Source: Takakia lepidozioides
Taxonomy: Eukaryota; Plantae; Bryophyta
Length of the DNA stretch: 64,000 bases
Assembly (NCBI GenBank): GCA_030704615.1
Contig: CM060733.1
Coordinates: 16,244,001-16,308,000 of the forward strand
Reading direction: 5' to 3'
Part shown: in pieces, positions 36,820 to 48,560 of the stretch
Layout of the letters: every line of letters begins with the position of its first letter
Position numbering within the stretch: position 1 is the stretch's first letter
Position numbers and translations under genes: made by a program
Notes under the pieces: generated by a model
The model's database searches: none
The model's input: only the letters and a program-made list of their open reading frames with translations
Told to the model about the DNA's origin: nothing

Positions 36820-37879
36820 GAATATATAAATGGTTGAGCCCTAGAATACAACTTCCTGGCAATGGTGCAAAGAATCGGCAACAGAAGACCCAAGCCTGGA
36901 GCGACCTACTGCAACAAAAGCATGAGAAATGAAGAGGGTGGGAGCGAGATTGATGGAGAGTTGGAGAGCGCTTGGGTGTGGACTAAGGAGAAGCAGACAA
37001 TGTGAAAGAAAGATGGGGTAGAGAGGCGGGTGGAGAGGACAATATTATGAAAAAGCTAGGAAGCTGTCGAGCTTCAACCCTCCCCGCATCAATTGCGCGC
37101 ATGTCTCCAAAGCTGTTGAGCTCAACCCTCCCCGCATCGCTTGAGCGCAGGTGGTCTCCAAAGCTTCCATCTCGGACCCTAGCTATGCACGTGCAAATCA
37201 TCCCACGACACAAACAAAGAAAACGACCAAGTCCAAGACTCATCGTTCAACACACAACCCCGCAACCCTAAATCCATTTTGAATGATTTTGAACTTTTAT
37301 TGGATAGTACACTTTTTGTTACCCCAGTGGTTTGGTGCTCAAATCCTGCTACGTCATTTTTATATGTGGTACGGTATGTGAATTTCACTTTATTGTAATA
37401 GTACAATGTTAACTTTTATATGAAGTGATAGTAGAAATCGATAAAGGCAGGCCAAAATGAACTAATTAATATGACCAAATTTAAATTATGTAATGTATGT
37501 TTGGCCATATCCGGGTCATATGAAACCTGTTTGACATAGTTTTTAGGGGGATAGCTTCAGGGCTTACAATGCTACCCACCTACACCTCATTTTTGGGCTC
37601 TTACAAAAAGTCTATAGATTTTTCCAAAGTATATTAGATTATCTATTTTTTTAAATAAAAAATAAAATAAAACACCTATGAGCTACAGCTCACAAATCAG
37701 GCTTATCTACGAGATGTGACATATAAAAAATTGAATGAAATATAAACAAATGTTGTCAAGCCTTGTAGTGAGTTCAATTATTTGGAAATTTTATATTTTT
37801 GGAACTGGCTTAACTTATTTTCATTCTAAAATTCATCGTTGAAGTTTGGACATTGGAGAAAATAAATTTTTTGATGGTC

Positions 37880-39581
37880 TACGGGCACCCTCTACCTTAT
37901 CAGATCAGCCCATACCTAGGTCATTAGATGGTGCCACGGCTCTAAGTGGAGAAGAGCTGGCTATGTTGGATACCATATTTCAAGCTAGTTTCGTATGACC
38001 AAACATTGTTCCAGTTGAGGAAAGTGCTTCAGAGAATGGATACTGTGATTCAGATTCAGAATAAAGTTGATTGTTTGGAACCATTTGTTCAATAGCATCA
38101 TCCTACAATGATTTGGACACTTGTATATTTTTTAAAGTCTGCCACAAGTGCACAAACCACTTAGGGTATGGGTCAACATTGGTTGACTGCCATATAAGCT
38201 CGAGGCTGAGGCAGTTGGGCATCTCCTATGGTGGGGTTCGGGAGCAAGCCACCAGCGTCATCACCCTCCGGACATTCACGGGACCAGTTACCCAGCTTCT
38301 TACACTTCCAGCAGGGTGTAACCTTCTTCTGCTCAGCAATAAGCCGGCGCCGCTCTTGGCGTTGCTCGTACGTCAACTGTGGCTGGTTGCCATTACTAGC
38401 GGTTGTGTTATTGGTGGATCCCTTGCTAAACGAAGCGACATAGGCAGAGGAGACCTTAGACTCTAACTGTGCGGATTCTTGCTCTTCGGCACTGAGCAGT
38501 CTGGACTCTTGACGAATGAGACGAATGGTGAGATTACTGAGGGTGGCGTCATCAACGTTGTCCCATGAAGAAAGAAAATTGACATACTTGGGAGGAAGGT
38601 TAGCAATAATCTTGGCGATTGTTAGTGACGGTACTGTCGCCCATGTTGACAAGCTGAGACTTAATGATTTTGAGTTTGCCAAGAAAAGATGTTATAGTGT
38701 CGTCGCTATCCATCTTACACTTGTAGAAACGTTGCTGTACATGGTGCACAGACTCATGGGCTTGCTGATCATGGAGCAGTTTTAGCTCATCCCAAATAGC
38801 CTTTGAGGTGGTGCAGTCCATGAGGACTTCGAGAATACTCTCATCGACTGCTTTACAGAGCAGGGAGGTACATTGATTGTCCTTCTGGATCCAATCGCGC
38901 TGGGCTTCGCCAGCATCAGGTTTAGGGACGGTGCCATCAACAATGCCCATCAGATCCTGGCCAAGGAGTATGGCACGGATCTGAAACTTCCACAGATGGA
39001 AGTTCATTCCATTATAGAGCTTGACGTTCCGCAACTCGGCGGTGGTATCCATGGTGCACTATGACGTATTGGACTATTACTTTGGTAAACGTGCTGTAGA
39101 CACAGCAAAAAATAGGACACGTACTGTGAACACAGTACTTCACGCGTGGGGTATACTGGAAGGAATAAAAGGCCATTTTCCTGAGCTACTGCGCTACAGG
39201 ATGCGTGTCTGTGGGCCCATAACCTATTGTAGTCTCAAGAAAAGATCAACATACAAAGTGAAAAAAGGCACAAGCAGGGATTGACACAGGCAAACGCTTA
39301 CGAGACAAGAGTAAAGATAAGGCCCTGATTCTCTTGATTAAAGTACACGAGCAGTACAGAAAAGCTCAAGCTGACATTGACACAGCTCACACGCTTGATA
39401 CTACGGTTCTTGGAGCAAAGCAAACAGCACACACGCCAAGCTAGAGAGAGAGAGAGTTAAAAGGGGGAAAAACGGGGAATATACACCCAGACGGCCAGGG
39501 AGGGAAAAGCCAGATCATGATGGTTGGCACAGGGGTTTAAAAGGGGCCTACGTGGTGATGTACAAAGGTTTGCATTCTACA
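37880..39581 (-). mobile_element. Second copia family, 5' fragment: LTR, half-tRNA PBS and gag
   Basis: LTR 39228-39581 with TGTAG...CTACA ends; PBS GGTTATGGGCCC at 39213-39224; gag YNGMNFHLWKFQIRAIL, CWKCKKLGNWSREC; low boundary approximate. Confidence 0.85.
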
Positions 39582-39800
39582 TAGCCGAGCTGGACATTCC
39601 AGCTGTACAGTTACCTCTCACGTAATGATTACAACACAATGTACTCAGATTTGGTTGTGCTTCCCGACGTACAAGGTGCTTCTGGCTGAGCCATGTTACA
39701 TGGCCGTTGTTGAGGAACAAAACAACTCCACTGTATGACTTCCGATCATCAATATCAGCCGCATAGTCAGAGTCACAGTACGCAGTCAAGACATGTGGAT
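39582..39800 (-). mobile_element. Copia RNase H fragment
   Basis: LTAYCDSDYAADIDDRKSYSG...VTWLSQK. Confidence 0.85.
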
Positions 39801-41406
39801 ACAGTACACAAAAGGATACGCAAAGCGAGACTCTGTGTATCGCTCGATCTCCCATCTGCGTTCAACTTCAACTTATAGATCTCTTTTCAGCTGATACGTT
39901 TCCGACCTGGGGGTAATGGCTGCAATTCTCATGTATTGTTTTCAAGCATAAACTTTGCATTCATTGTCTGCTTCCACGTACTGATCTATTTCATTCGTTA
40001 ATGCATGGCTCACTGACCTTAGCTATTACCAAGAAAACTACAACATACACAAGCACATATGTAAAAGCTAAAGTGCATCCTGCAAAAGCTGATCACGAGA
40101 AGACAAAATATTAAGTAAAAGTGGAGCATTGCTCTCTATGTCCATGTACCAGTTATAGTAGAGTTCTCACACAATTTGGATGAGTGACCTTTTATAAGTG
40201 GGGTACTAGTTCTTGATTAGTTACTTGATCAAGAAGGCTTATCAAGAAGGCTTATTAGGAAGGCTACCGTATGTCGTAGAATAAATACATCCAATACTTC
40301 ACTCTTTTTCGTCAACGACATCATCATGTGGAAGATTAATAGAAGCAATCTCTAACATGCGGATGTGTACAAATGGTGCATGACAAGTGCATGACAAACT
40401 GGATAGATGTGTTCGTTTGCATAATTTGCGTCTATTTGCAAATGCTCATCACGTGTGTAAGTCGTATGATAACATTGACCAAGTTCATTTGGGTGACATT
40501 GACAGCACTATCATGAGACCTGAAGTAGTCCAATTGCTTAAATTACAAACCTTTGATCACTTACTATCCTCAATTACAAGGTTGGAACTTGCGTGTACAG
40601 ATGGTCGATGGAATCAACAAGATGTTGGCTCCTTTTCTCAGTGGCTTTGGCATGCATTGTCTTATCACGAGCCTGAAAATAGCTACGTTTAACTCTTATA
40701 TCTCCCACAGATCGGCCTCATCTGTTAATTGAACTTGGAGTCATGGAGACGGCTTGTGTTGTGATTGGGTTGATGGGGGGTTGCTTGTAGAGTCACTGGG
40801 TCAAGATAGGGGTGACCTGGTGGGATATGAAGTACATTGTGCATTGTCACTGGAACGTCTTTTTTGTGCACTGTGGTTGTAGGGAAACATCCAAGTTTTG
40901 CCATCATGGCAAATTTTAGGAGCATATTCATCTTCACCATATCTTTGGCTCTTCTCATTCAAGTTTATAGCATCTTCAAGTATGAGCCCTTATATGCGGT
41001 ATCCACCTATATTGTCAATTTTTTGCTGTCACAACAAATCATCATATTCCTAATTGCTATTAGTGAGAATGGACCAGACAAACATATAAAGGCTCATCTA
41101 TATATTCCAAGTCTTATTACAAAAAATCCGAATCTCTATAGGTTATTTACCATAAAAAGTTACCACATTTCATTAAAAAAAAAGGCGTCATGGATTTTTT
41201 TTTTCGTAAGATTCATAACAATATTAAAAAAAAAATGACTTACCCAAAATGTGCTTTGAGGGATGAAGAATCTAGAATGAAAACATTCAATCAAAAGTAT
41301 TAAGTTAAACAATATTGACGTCCTATTTTGAGCCTCTAAAATAGCTATGTTCGTAAAGTCATGTATGAAATGAAATTATTTGAAATAACAAAATTACCTT
41401 CCTTAA

Positions 41407-42181
41407 CCCCTAAAGGACGACGCGACTCTTTTTGCCACGCTCCAGTTTGATAGTGGATGGAAGTGAACCCTAAAGATAAATTGTGGATGTCAGAGAGGAG
41501 CACGTGTGGGAATTTACAGTGCCAATAAATCATAAAGGCTATGCTCCCTAGAATTTTTCAAAGTGCCAAGGGGTCAGAAAATCCAGTGTTAAAGCACCAT
41601 TGACCTGCCTACGTGGCAGCCAAATGGGCAATCTTCGAAAAACATCTAGGGCTGAAAATTTATCATAATCCCAAATTTTTTGGACAGGGCACATTGAAAT
41701 GTTACTGGGCACTTACTTACCAGAGGAATTGGAAAACATATATCATCTCATGGGTGTAATTGTGAAAGAAGCCAAAACAAGACAATTTACCACCCCAGAT
41801 TTCACATACAAAGCAGCCTATCTGAATTTTTGGAATTTTGGTCTGATTTTTGTGGGAGGCAGTGGTTTAGGTGCCATATAATTAGATTATGGAGGGCCTT
41901 TGTCTAGGAAAATTCAACTCGATATTGTAATATTATGGTCAAACAATTTGCATGCAATTTTTGAATACACTTACAAATTGGGGCATATTATTTTGTTATA
42001 ATCTCCCAAATGTAATGGTCAATTTGCCTACATTTTTTACAGGACGTGAACATAGTAGATATGCACATAAGTATAAGGTTCATCCCCCTGGATGATTGGG
42101 GGTAAGAAGTTATACCCCCATCCATAAGTGTATATACTCTTTTTTAGTGGGCCCACCAAAAAATAGCTCGTCCTTTAAGGG
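41407..42181. mobile_element. Non-autonomous piggyBac-like element (775 bp)
   Basis: TTAA flanks at 41403-41406 and 42182-42185; TIRs cccctaaaggacga / tcgtcctttaaggg; no long ORF. Confidence 0.85.
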
Positions 42182-42227
42182 TTAAACATGTTAGTTTATG
42201 TTAGATGAAGGGTGGATAGAAGTTTAA

Positions 42228-45200
42228 CCCTTAAACGCCCAGAAGCCCGGTTTGGGCCTTTGAAATCAGGAAATTTGCAATAACTTCACAGGATCTTAGC
42301 CATTTTTTTTGAGTTTTGGATATGTTATGCCCAGCCACCTGGGCTAATCTGAACCGTTGGGCGATTTTCCCTGATCAAGGTTAGGGTTCCGGAATTGCTG
42401 CGAGAGTGGCGGGGGGTCAGCTCCCGCCATTTTGCTTCTCTCTCCCAAACACTGTGCTCTGGGTCCCGCGCTTTCTGAGTTCCTCGCGCGAGTTGGAGGG
42501 TGCTTGCAGGTGGCCGTTTGGATTCCTTGCAGGTTGCCGTTGCGTTTCCTTGCTCTTGTCTCCTTCTATAACTGAAGCTCCCGCCGTCGCTGCATTAGGA
42601 AGCTCTTAGCATTCAAGGCGTTGTTGGCTCATTGCGGCTAGTATGACACCTCTCTTCTATTGCCTGTCATCAAGCTTTGTTTCTTCATGTATATTGTAGA
42701 TGCGAGCTTCTTCTTGCATTGAAGGCTTTGCTTCATTCCTGTAGGCTTGCAGGCAGAGGAACTTAGGGAGACAAGTTGCCAAGATTCCCTGTTGTCATTG
42801 AAGGAGAAAGAAGGCCCGTTACTGGTGACTATATAGGAGAGGAAACATGGGTTCTGCAGACATGCCTCCAGCAGCTCCTGTGCATTTGCTAGAAGAGTCT
42901 CTTGTTATTGGCAATTAGGCTCGCGCTTTGGGCGCCTCTCCAGAGCAAGTCGCCCAATTGATTGGGTGTTTGAATGAGGATTATCTTATGTGCTTGAAGA
43001 GGCCCAAGCGGGTGAAGTGGCCCGCATTTCCAAAACCAGCCAATTTTCGGTACCTATTTCGTCGTCAGGCTGCGGAGATTCTCGGGTGGGTTGATCGTAA
43101 AGAGGAAGGTGATCCACATGGCTTTTCTCCTGAGGTAAATGAGTGTTTGAGGCTATCTGTGTGGCCTGATTTTGATGGATCCTCATCTGCCACCAACGAT
43201 GAGACTGAAGGTAGTAGCAAGGTCCAGAGGTAAGAACGATTATGGGCATGTGAGACTTGATGACATTGCGAGTTCAATTTCTGGTTTTGATTCGGGTCTT
43301 GCATATTCTCTGCGTAGTTCTCAAGTTGCTAGAGATGTTGCAGGTCATAGCCAATCTTGGGAAGATCTAGGGGTGCTGGGATCCACTGTAAAGGTTGCAA
43401 TGAACCATTTGTACCTGCCTAACATGGCTTCTTCTTCCAACGTCCAAGAATTTGGTTATGGTACTGTCGTGGACAAGTCGTGGGACATTGTGAGTGCGTC
43501 TGATACATATGTTGTCTCCTTCTTTGCTGGGCTTGGGGTGCATACCGTGCCCTCTCATGTTTGCCTTCCTGTGGACCTTGACGAGCCTATGCCAGTTACA
43601 GTAAGTGCCATGCTTGGTTTGGATGATGTTGTTGAGAACACGGTAGGGTCTGAATCTGAGACAGAATGTGACTCGGACTCTGACTATGATCCGGTAGAGG
43701 AAGAGAGAGGTAATCCAGATGCTGGTCAGGATCCAGACTTGTGGGATTACTGTGTGGACACTGGAAATGCGGCCCATGAGCTCGGGCTTTATGATTTGGC
43801 TGAATCTTGGCGTGAATGGCCACCGAAAGATAAATTCGCAGATGACATGTGGAATTCACAGTGCACAGAGCTGCCTCAGGTAACGTGGAGTGGGGGGGAG
43901 ACGGATCATAAGGTGCCTTTGGATGATAGTGCTCTCCCTGTAGATTTTTTCAATTTGTTCTGGCCGGCACCTGTGATGCGGAAAATCTGCAGAATGACAA
44001 ACCTGTATGCCCAGACCTTATATAGAAGGGGGCAAATGAAGGGGGGAGAGTGGTGGTATCCTGTGAGTGTTGTGGAATTGAAGGCGTGGTTGGGAGTTCA
44101 TATTCTCATGGGAATCAAGAGATTGCCCAACACAAGATGTTACTGGAAATGTAACAATGAGTTCTTCAAGTGTCCTTCCATTATGCGCATCATGAGTCGC
44201 AATAGATGGGAAGCAATTTTGAGGTGTTTGCACCTAGTGGACAACCGGTTAGTGGAGGTGGATAAATCAGCCCCTGCTTATGATAAAATCGCAAAGACCC
44301 GTTGGTTGTTAGACCAGCAAAATGACTTGTATGCTCGCTACTGGCAACCCGATCAAAACCTGTGTGTGGATGAGATGATGGTGAAGTACAAAGGTAAGTA
44401 CTCTAACCTGCAGCAGTATATGAGCAAAAAACCAGTGAAATGGGGTATAAAGTGGTGGTGCTTGGCTGGTGCCAAAAGCCGATATGTTCACAAGATGGAG
44501 GTGTACCTTGGCCGTGATGATGCAATTGATTTGACACACGGGCAGGGATATTCTGTTGTAACCAGACTGCTGGCTGGTTTTGAGGGGAAAGGGCACATAG
44601 TGACCATGGATAATTTCTTTACTAGTCCTATTCTTTTCTATGACTTGGCTGTCCAGAATATCTATGCTACTGGTACTGTGAAGACAACTCGGGTGGGATT
44701 CCCTTCATGTCTTGATTTTGGAAAGAGAGGAGAGAGAAGCACTATGCAGTACCGCATGCATAGATCTAACAAATTGGTGGCACTGTCTTGGTTTGACAAC
44801 AAACCAGTCACATTGTTGAGCACTGCTTGCAGCCCTGTGGGGGCAGATTGCTTCATTGAGCGGTGGCACAACGGTGCTCGCCGCATGGTCCCCACTTCCC
44901 CCATTGTGAAGCACTATCAAGAACACATGAGGGGGGTTGATGTGCAGGATCAATTGAGGGGCTACTACAATGTGCAAACGCGTGATTACAAGTGGTGGCA
45001 CTGCTTGTTCTTTCATAGCATTGACACATCGCTGGTGAATTCTTATTTGTTGTATCTGGCTTGGATGAAAGAGAAGGACAGGAAGCCGCGGTCTCATGCG
45101 CTCTTCAACATTCAAGTGGCCAATGGGTTGATTGTCGGGTGGGTTGCTCCCATGAGAACTGTCTTGGAAGGGGCTTCTGTTCCAAACCCGGGAGCACTTC

Positions 45201-46049
45201 ACTTCTCCCAAAAAAGTGCTAGGAGAAGGAAGTGTGTCGAGTGTGGTGCCCGACAAAGGTTTTTTTGTGCCTTGTGTGGAGATGTTAGCATCTGTTTGGG
45301 GACCTGCTTTGTGAAACGTCACAGCCTGGTTTGAGACAATGTCAGTTGGAATTCATGGCTAGAATTCATGGCAATGTGAGTTCATGGCTGCAAAGAGGTG
45401 GTAGATTGCTTTAGTGGTTAGTCCCCTTGCCAAGTGGGGGTGCACACAAGGGGGGATCCTCCCCCTTGTGTTCATGTGTGAGCTGCCAGTTGGGGCAGCT
45501 TAGTGGGTTCAAACCCTACTCACACATTGTTCCTTGGTGTGAGGAGGGTAGGAGTGGGGTGGTGGGATATCTTGCTTTGCAAAGCGCTTGCTGCAGCAAA
45601 CACTCCAGGGTACAGGTAGCATTGGCATTTTTCCAAAGAACACTAAATCCTCAATTTTGACCCACTCTGCTTTGAACAAATGTCAGCAGCCCATTTTTTG
45701 TCCAAATTGCATTTTGTTTTCTGCAATGGATGTGAGATCCCACCAGATGAATGGGGAGCAGAATCAACTCATTTGGAAATCATCCCGTCACCCATTTCTG
45801 CAAATTACTCATTCTAATTTACAATTTTGGTATGTGGGTCCCAAAAAAGGGCCCCAGTCTCAACGGTGGCATTTTCTGGATTTTCATCTGATTTCCCTCA
45901 AAATTGGCATGCACCTGCATCAGTTAGGTACGCTTCTGGTGTGCGGTCAAAATTTTCAAACTCCAAATTTTTCGAAAATTACACCTGTTTTTAGCACCAG
46001 GGGTCAGGTTTTTGGAAAAAGTCAAAAATAAGTACTGGGCGTTTAAGGG
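42228..46049 (+). mobile_element. Full-length piggyBac DNA transposon
   Basis: TTAA TSD at 42224-42227 and 46050-46053; perfect 15-bp TIR cccttaaacgcccag. Confidence 0.96.
43172..45334 (+). CDS. piggyBac transposase, open frame (true start uncertain; first in-frame ATG at 43400 or spliced 5' exon)
   Basis: LCVDEMM, KPVKWGIK, VTMDNFFTS, MRGVDVQDQ (DDD triad) and C-terminal Cys-rich domain CVEC...CALC...C...CFVKRH. Confidence 0.95.
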   Translation: MMDPHLPPTMRLKVVARSRGKNDYGHVRLDDIASSISGFDSGLAYSLRSSQVARDVAGHSQSWEDLGVLGSTVKVAMNHLYLPNMASSSNVQEFGYGTVVDKSWDIVSASDTYVVSFFAGLGVHTVPSHVCLPVDLDEPMPVTVSAMLGLDDVVENTVGSESETECDSDSDYDPVEEERGNPDAGQDPDLWDYCVDTGNAAHELGLYDLAESWREWPPKDKFADDMWNSQCTELPQVTWSGGETDHKVPLDDSALPVDFFNLFWPAPVMRKICRMTNLYAQTLYRRGQMKGGEWWYPVSVVELKAWLGVHILMGIKRLPNTRCYWKCNNEFFKCPSIMRIMSRNRWEAILRCLHLVDNRLVEVDKSAPAYDKIAKTRWLLDQQNDLYARYWQPDQNLCVDEMMVKYKGKYSNLQQYMSKKPVKWGIKWWCLAGAKSRYVHKMEVYLGRDDAIDLTHGQGYSVVTRLLAGFEGKGHIVTMDNFFTSPILFYDLAVQNIYATGTVKTTRVGFPSCLDFGKRGERSTMQYRMHRSNKLVALSWFDNKPVTLLSTACSPVGADCFIERWHNGARRMVPTSPIVKHYQEHMRGVDVQDQLRGYYNVQTRDYKWWHCLFFHSIDTSLVNSYLLYLAWMKEKDRKPRSHALFNIQVANGLIVGWVAPMRTVLEGASVPNPGALHFSQKSARRRKCVECGARQRFFCALCGDVSICLGTCFVKRHSLV

Positions 46050-47030
46050 TTAATGGACAAAATAATGTCCACCTACGTACGAAATCAACGATTTTTGAAA
46101 ACGCTTCTAAACTGTCAATAATATAGGGTCTATGTAAACTCAATTGTGTCAATCCAATGGTTGAATGTTTTTTTTTTTTTTTTTTTGGTCAATTTATGTA
46201 CTCAATACTGGCTCACGATCTGCCTTTCATTGTAGGTTTGTGCAAATTCATGCAATTGTTTGCTAAGATTCAAGAGTGGAGAAGAGCACTCCAAACTCAT
46301 GACCAATTGCCGCCGTTGCAATCGTCCCAAGTGGAGATAGTTGTTCCAAAGAGATCCATGGATAGATGTGCGCAATTTATGTCGAGCTGTGAGTTGATAC
46401 ATTGTGTAGTAGCTTGAGTGTAATTTACAATTCTAGAAAGCAAACGCGGCGAGGTGGTAGCACTGTATGGGCAAAGAACTCAAACAAAAATACAACAATG
46501 GAGTTACCTGCTGGGGAACAAGGATGCGACATATGCAATGTGAACGTGGGTAGGGCTAACTTACGCGGTAAGCTAGCCATGTGGGTAGAGAAAGGTCAAT
46601 AAAAAAAGGGAGAGAATTTTTTTTTTCTTGTCACGAAAAGGTCTTGGGACAGCACGCCAAATATAAAAGTTTGCGATGTCGGGCTGTGCTGCCAAGGGGA
46701 TGATAGCTTTGAGGACCCGGAGAAGCAGAGGGTGGCGGACGAGGTAATAATAAGACCTAAGTTGGACGCGCCAGGCCAGAGCACAGGTCCTTGTCAACGA
46801 GGGTTGACTGACCAGTGTCCCAGTATATTACCCCGCACACTGCGCTCACTCCCTCACACCATCACTCTCTCTCATCGCCTCCCTTCCTCCCCACCCGCTC
46901 TTCCCCGCTACCACCACCCTCATCTCTCTCTCTCTCTCTCCGACGTGTCTGACAAATACACTGAGCTACACTCCGTCATCGGCCTCTGCACTACCCACAC
47001 AGATCGGGTCTTCCTCAACACCATAATACC

Positions 47031-48560
47031 ATGGGTCCGAAGGCGAAGATATCTGGGCCGGAGCCTTTCGATTACATTGAGAAATGCAGCTCCGATGGAC
47101 GAGAGAAACAGACCGTGATATCCGATTTGGATGGCACCCTGGTCAGAGGGCGGAGCTCATTTCCCTACTTCATGCTGGTGGCATTCGAGGCCGGCGGCTT
47201 TCTCCGTTCCCTCCTCCTCCTCCTCTTCGCCCCCATTGCTTGGTTCCTTTATCACTTCGTCTCAGAAGCAGCAGGGATCCAGGTGTTAGTCTTTGTCACC
47301 TTTGCTGGTCTCAAAGTGACTCAAATTGAGACTGTAGCGCGCGCGGTTCTGCCAAAGTTCTACTGCGAGGATCTGCACCCAGAGACATGGCGTGTGTTTT
47401 CCTCCTTTGGGAAGCGCTATGTTCTGACTGCCAATCCCCGCATAATGGTGGAGACCTTTGCAAAGGAGTATCTGGGTGCCGATGCGGTGCTTGGGTCCGA
47501 GATCGAGGTGACCAGGAACGGGCGCGCAACAGGTTTCCTCAAAGCCCCCGGTGTCCTTGTGGGTGTGAAGAAAGAAATTGCTTTGAAGGCAGCTTTCGGG
47601 GACGATGCACCGGACGTTGGCCTGGGCGACCGCAAGACTGACCACCCCTTCATGGCTCTGTGCAAGGAAGGCTACGTGGTGCCCGCCAACAAGGTACAAG
47701 CTGTGCAAAAGGAGGAGCTGCCGAAGCCGATCGTGTTCCACGACGGGCGGCTTGTGCAACGCCCTACTCCACTCAACGCTCTTCTCACCCTCGTCTGGAT
47801 GCCTATCGGTTTCCTTCTTGCCGTGCTTCGGATTGCTGCAGGGTCCTTGCTCCCCATGTCCTTGACATACTACGCTTACGTTGCCCTCGGGGTGCGTGTA
47901 AAGGTCACGGGAACACCCCCACCTGCAGTGAAGGATGGAAAGCAGGGAGTCCTGTTTATCTGCTCCCATCGGACCTTGTTGGACCCCATCTTCCTGTCGG
48001 TAGCCCTCGGGCGACCTATCACAGCAGTCACATACTCCATTTCACGTGTCTCGGAGGCCCTTTCCCCAATCAAGACGGTTGCTTTGACTCGCAACAGAGA
48101 GCAAGATGCTGCCAACATCAGCAAGCTTTTGGAAGAAGGAGACTTAGCCATCTGCCCAGAGGGAACAACATGCCGGGAGCCATTTCTCCTACGATTCTCA
48201 GCGCTTTTTGCGGAGCTGACGGACAAGATCGCCCCCGTGGCGATGTTCAACAGAATGTCCATGTTCCACGGCACGACCGCCACAGGGTGGAAGGGCATGG
48301 ATCCTTTCTTCTTCTTCATGAACCCAAGACCTGTCTACGAGGTTACATTTTTGAACCAACTGCCTATGGAGCTTACATGTGCGGGTGGAAAAACATCGGT
48401 GGAGGTAGCCAACTACATCCAAAGGGTTATTGCAGGGACACTGAGTTTCCAGTGCACAAACTTCACTCGCAGGGACAAGTACAAGGTTCTCGCTGGGAAT
48501 GACGGCAGCGTGCCCGCAAAGACCAAGTCGCATTCCACCGGCAAGATTACTAGTTGCTAG
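47031..48560 (+). CDS. GPAT: Intact, intronless sn-2 GPAT4/6/8-like acyltransferase/phosphatase, 509 aa
   Basis: HAD-like N-terminus SDLDGTL...GLGDRKTD; acyltransferase [19 protein letters not shown]; central hydrophobic segment. Confidence 0.97.
   Translation: MGPKAKISGPEPFDYIEKCSSDGREKQTVISDLDGTLVRGRSSFPYFMLVAFEAGGFLRSLLLLLFAPIAWFLYHFVSEAAGIQVLVFVTFAGLKVTQIETVARAVLPKFYCEDLHPETWRVFSSFGKRYVLTANPRIMVETFAKEYLGADAVLGSEIEVTRNGRATGFLKAPGVLVGVKKEIALKAAFGDDAPDVGLGDRKTDHPFMALCKEGYVVPANKVQAVQKEELPKPIVFHDGRLVQRPTPLNALLTLVWMPIGFLLAVLRIAAGSLLPMSLTYYAYVALGVRVKVTGTPPPAVKDGKQGVLFICSHRTLLDPIFLSVALGRPITAVTYSISRVSEALSPIKTVALTRNREQDAANISKLLEEGDLAICPEGTTCREPFLLRFSALFAELTDKIAPVAMFNRMSMFHGTTATGWKGMDPFFFFMNPRPVYEVTFLNQLPMELTCAGGKTSVEVANYIQRVIAGTLSFQCTNFTRRDKYKVLAGNDGSVPAKTKSHSTGKITSC

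Noticed and set aside
40250-41240. Short ORFs possibly from decayed TEs
   Set aside because: No motif I can assign with confidence
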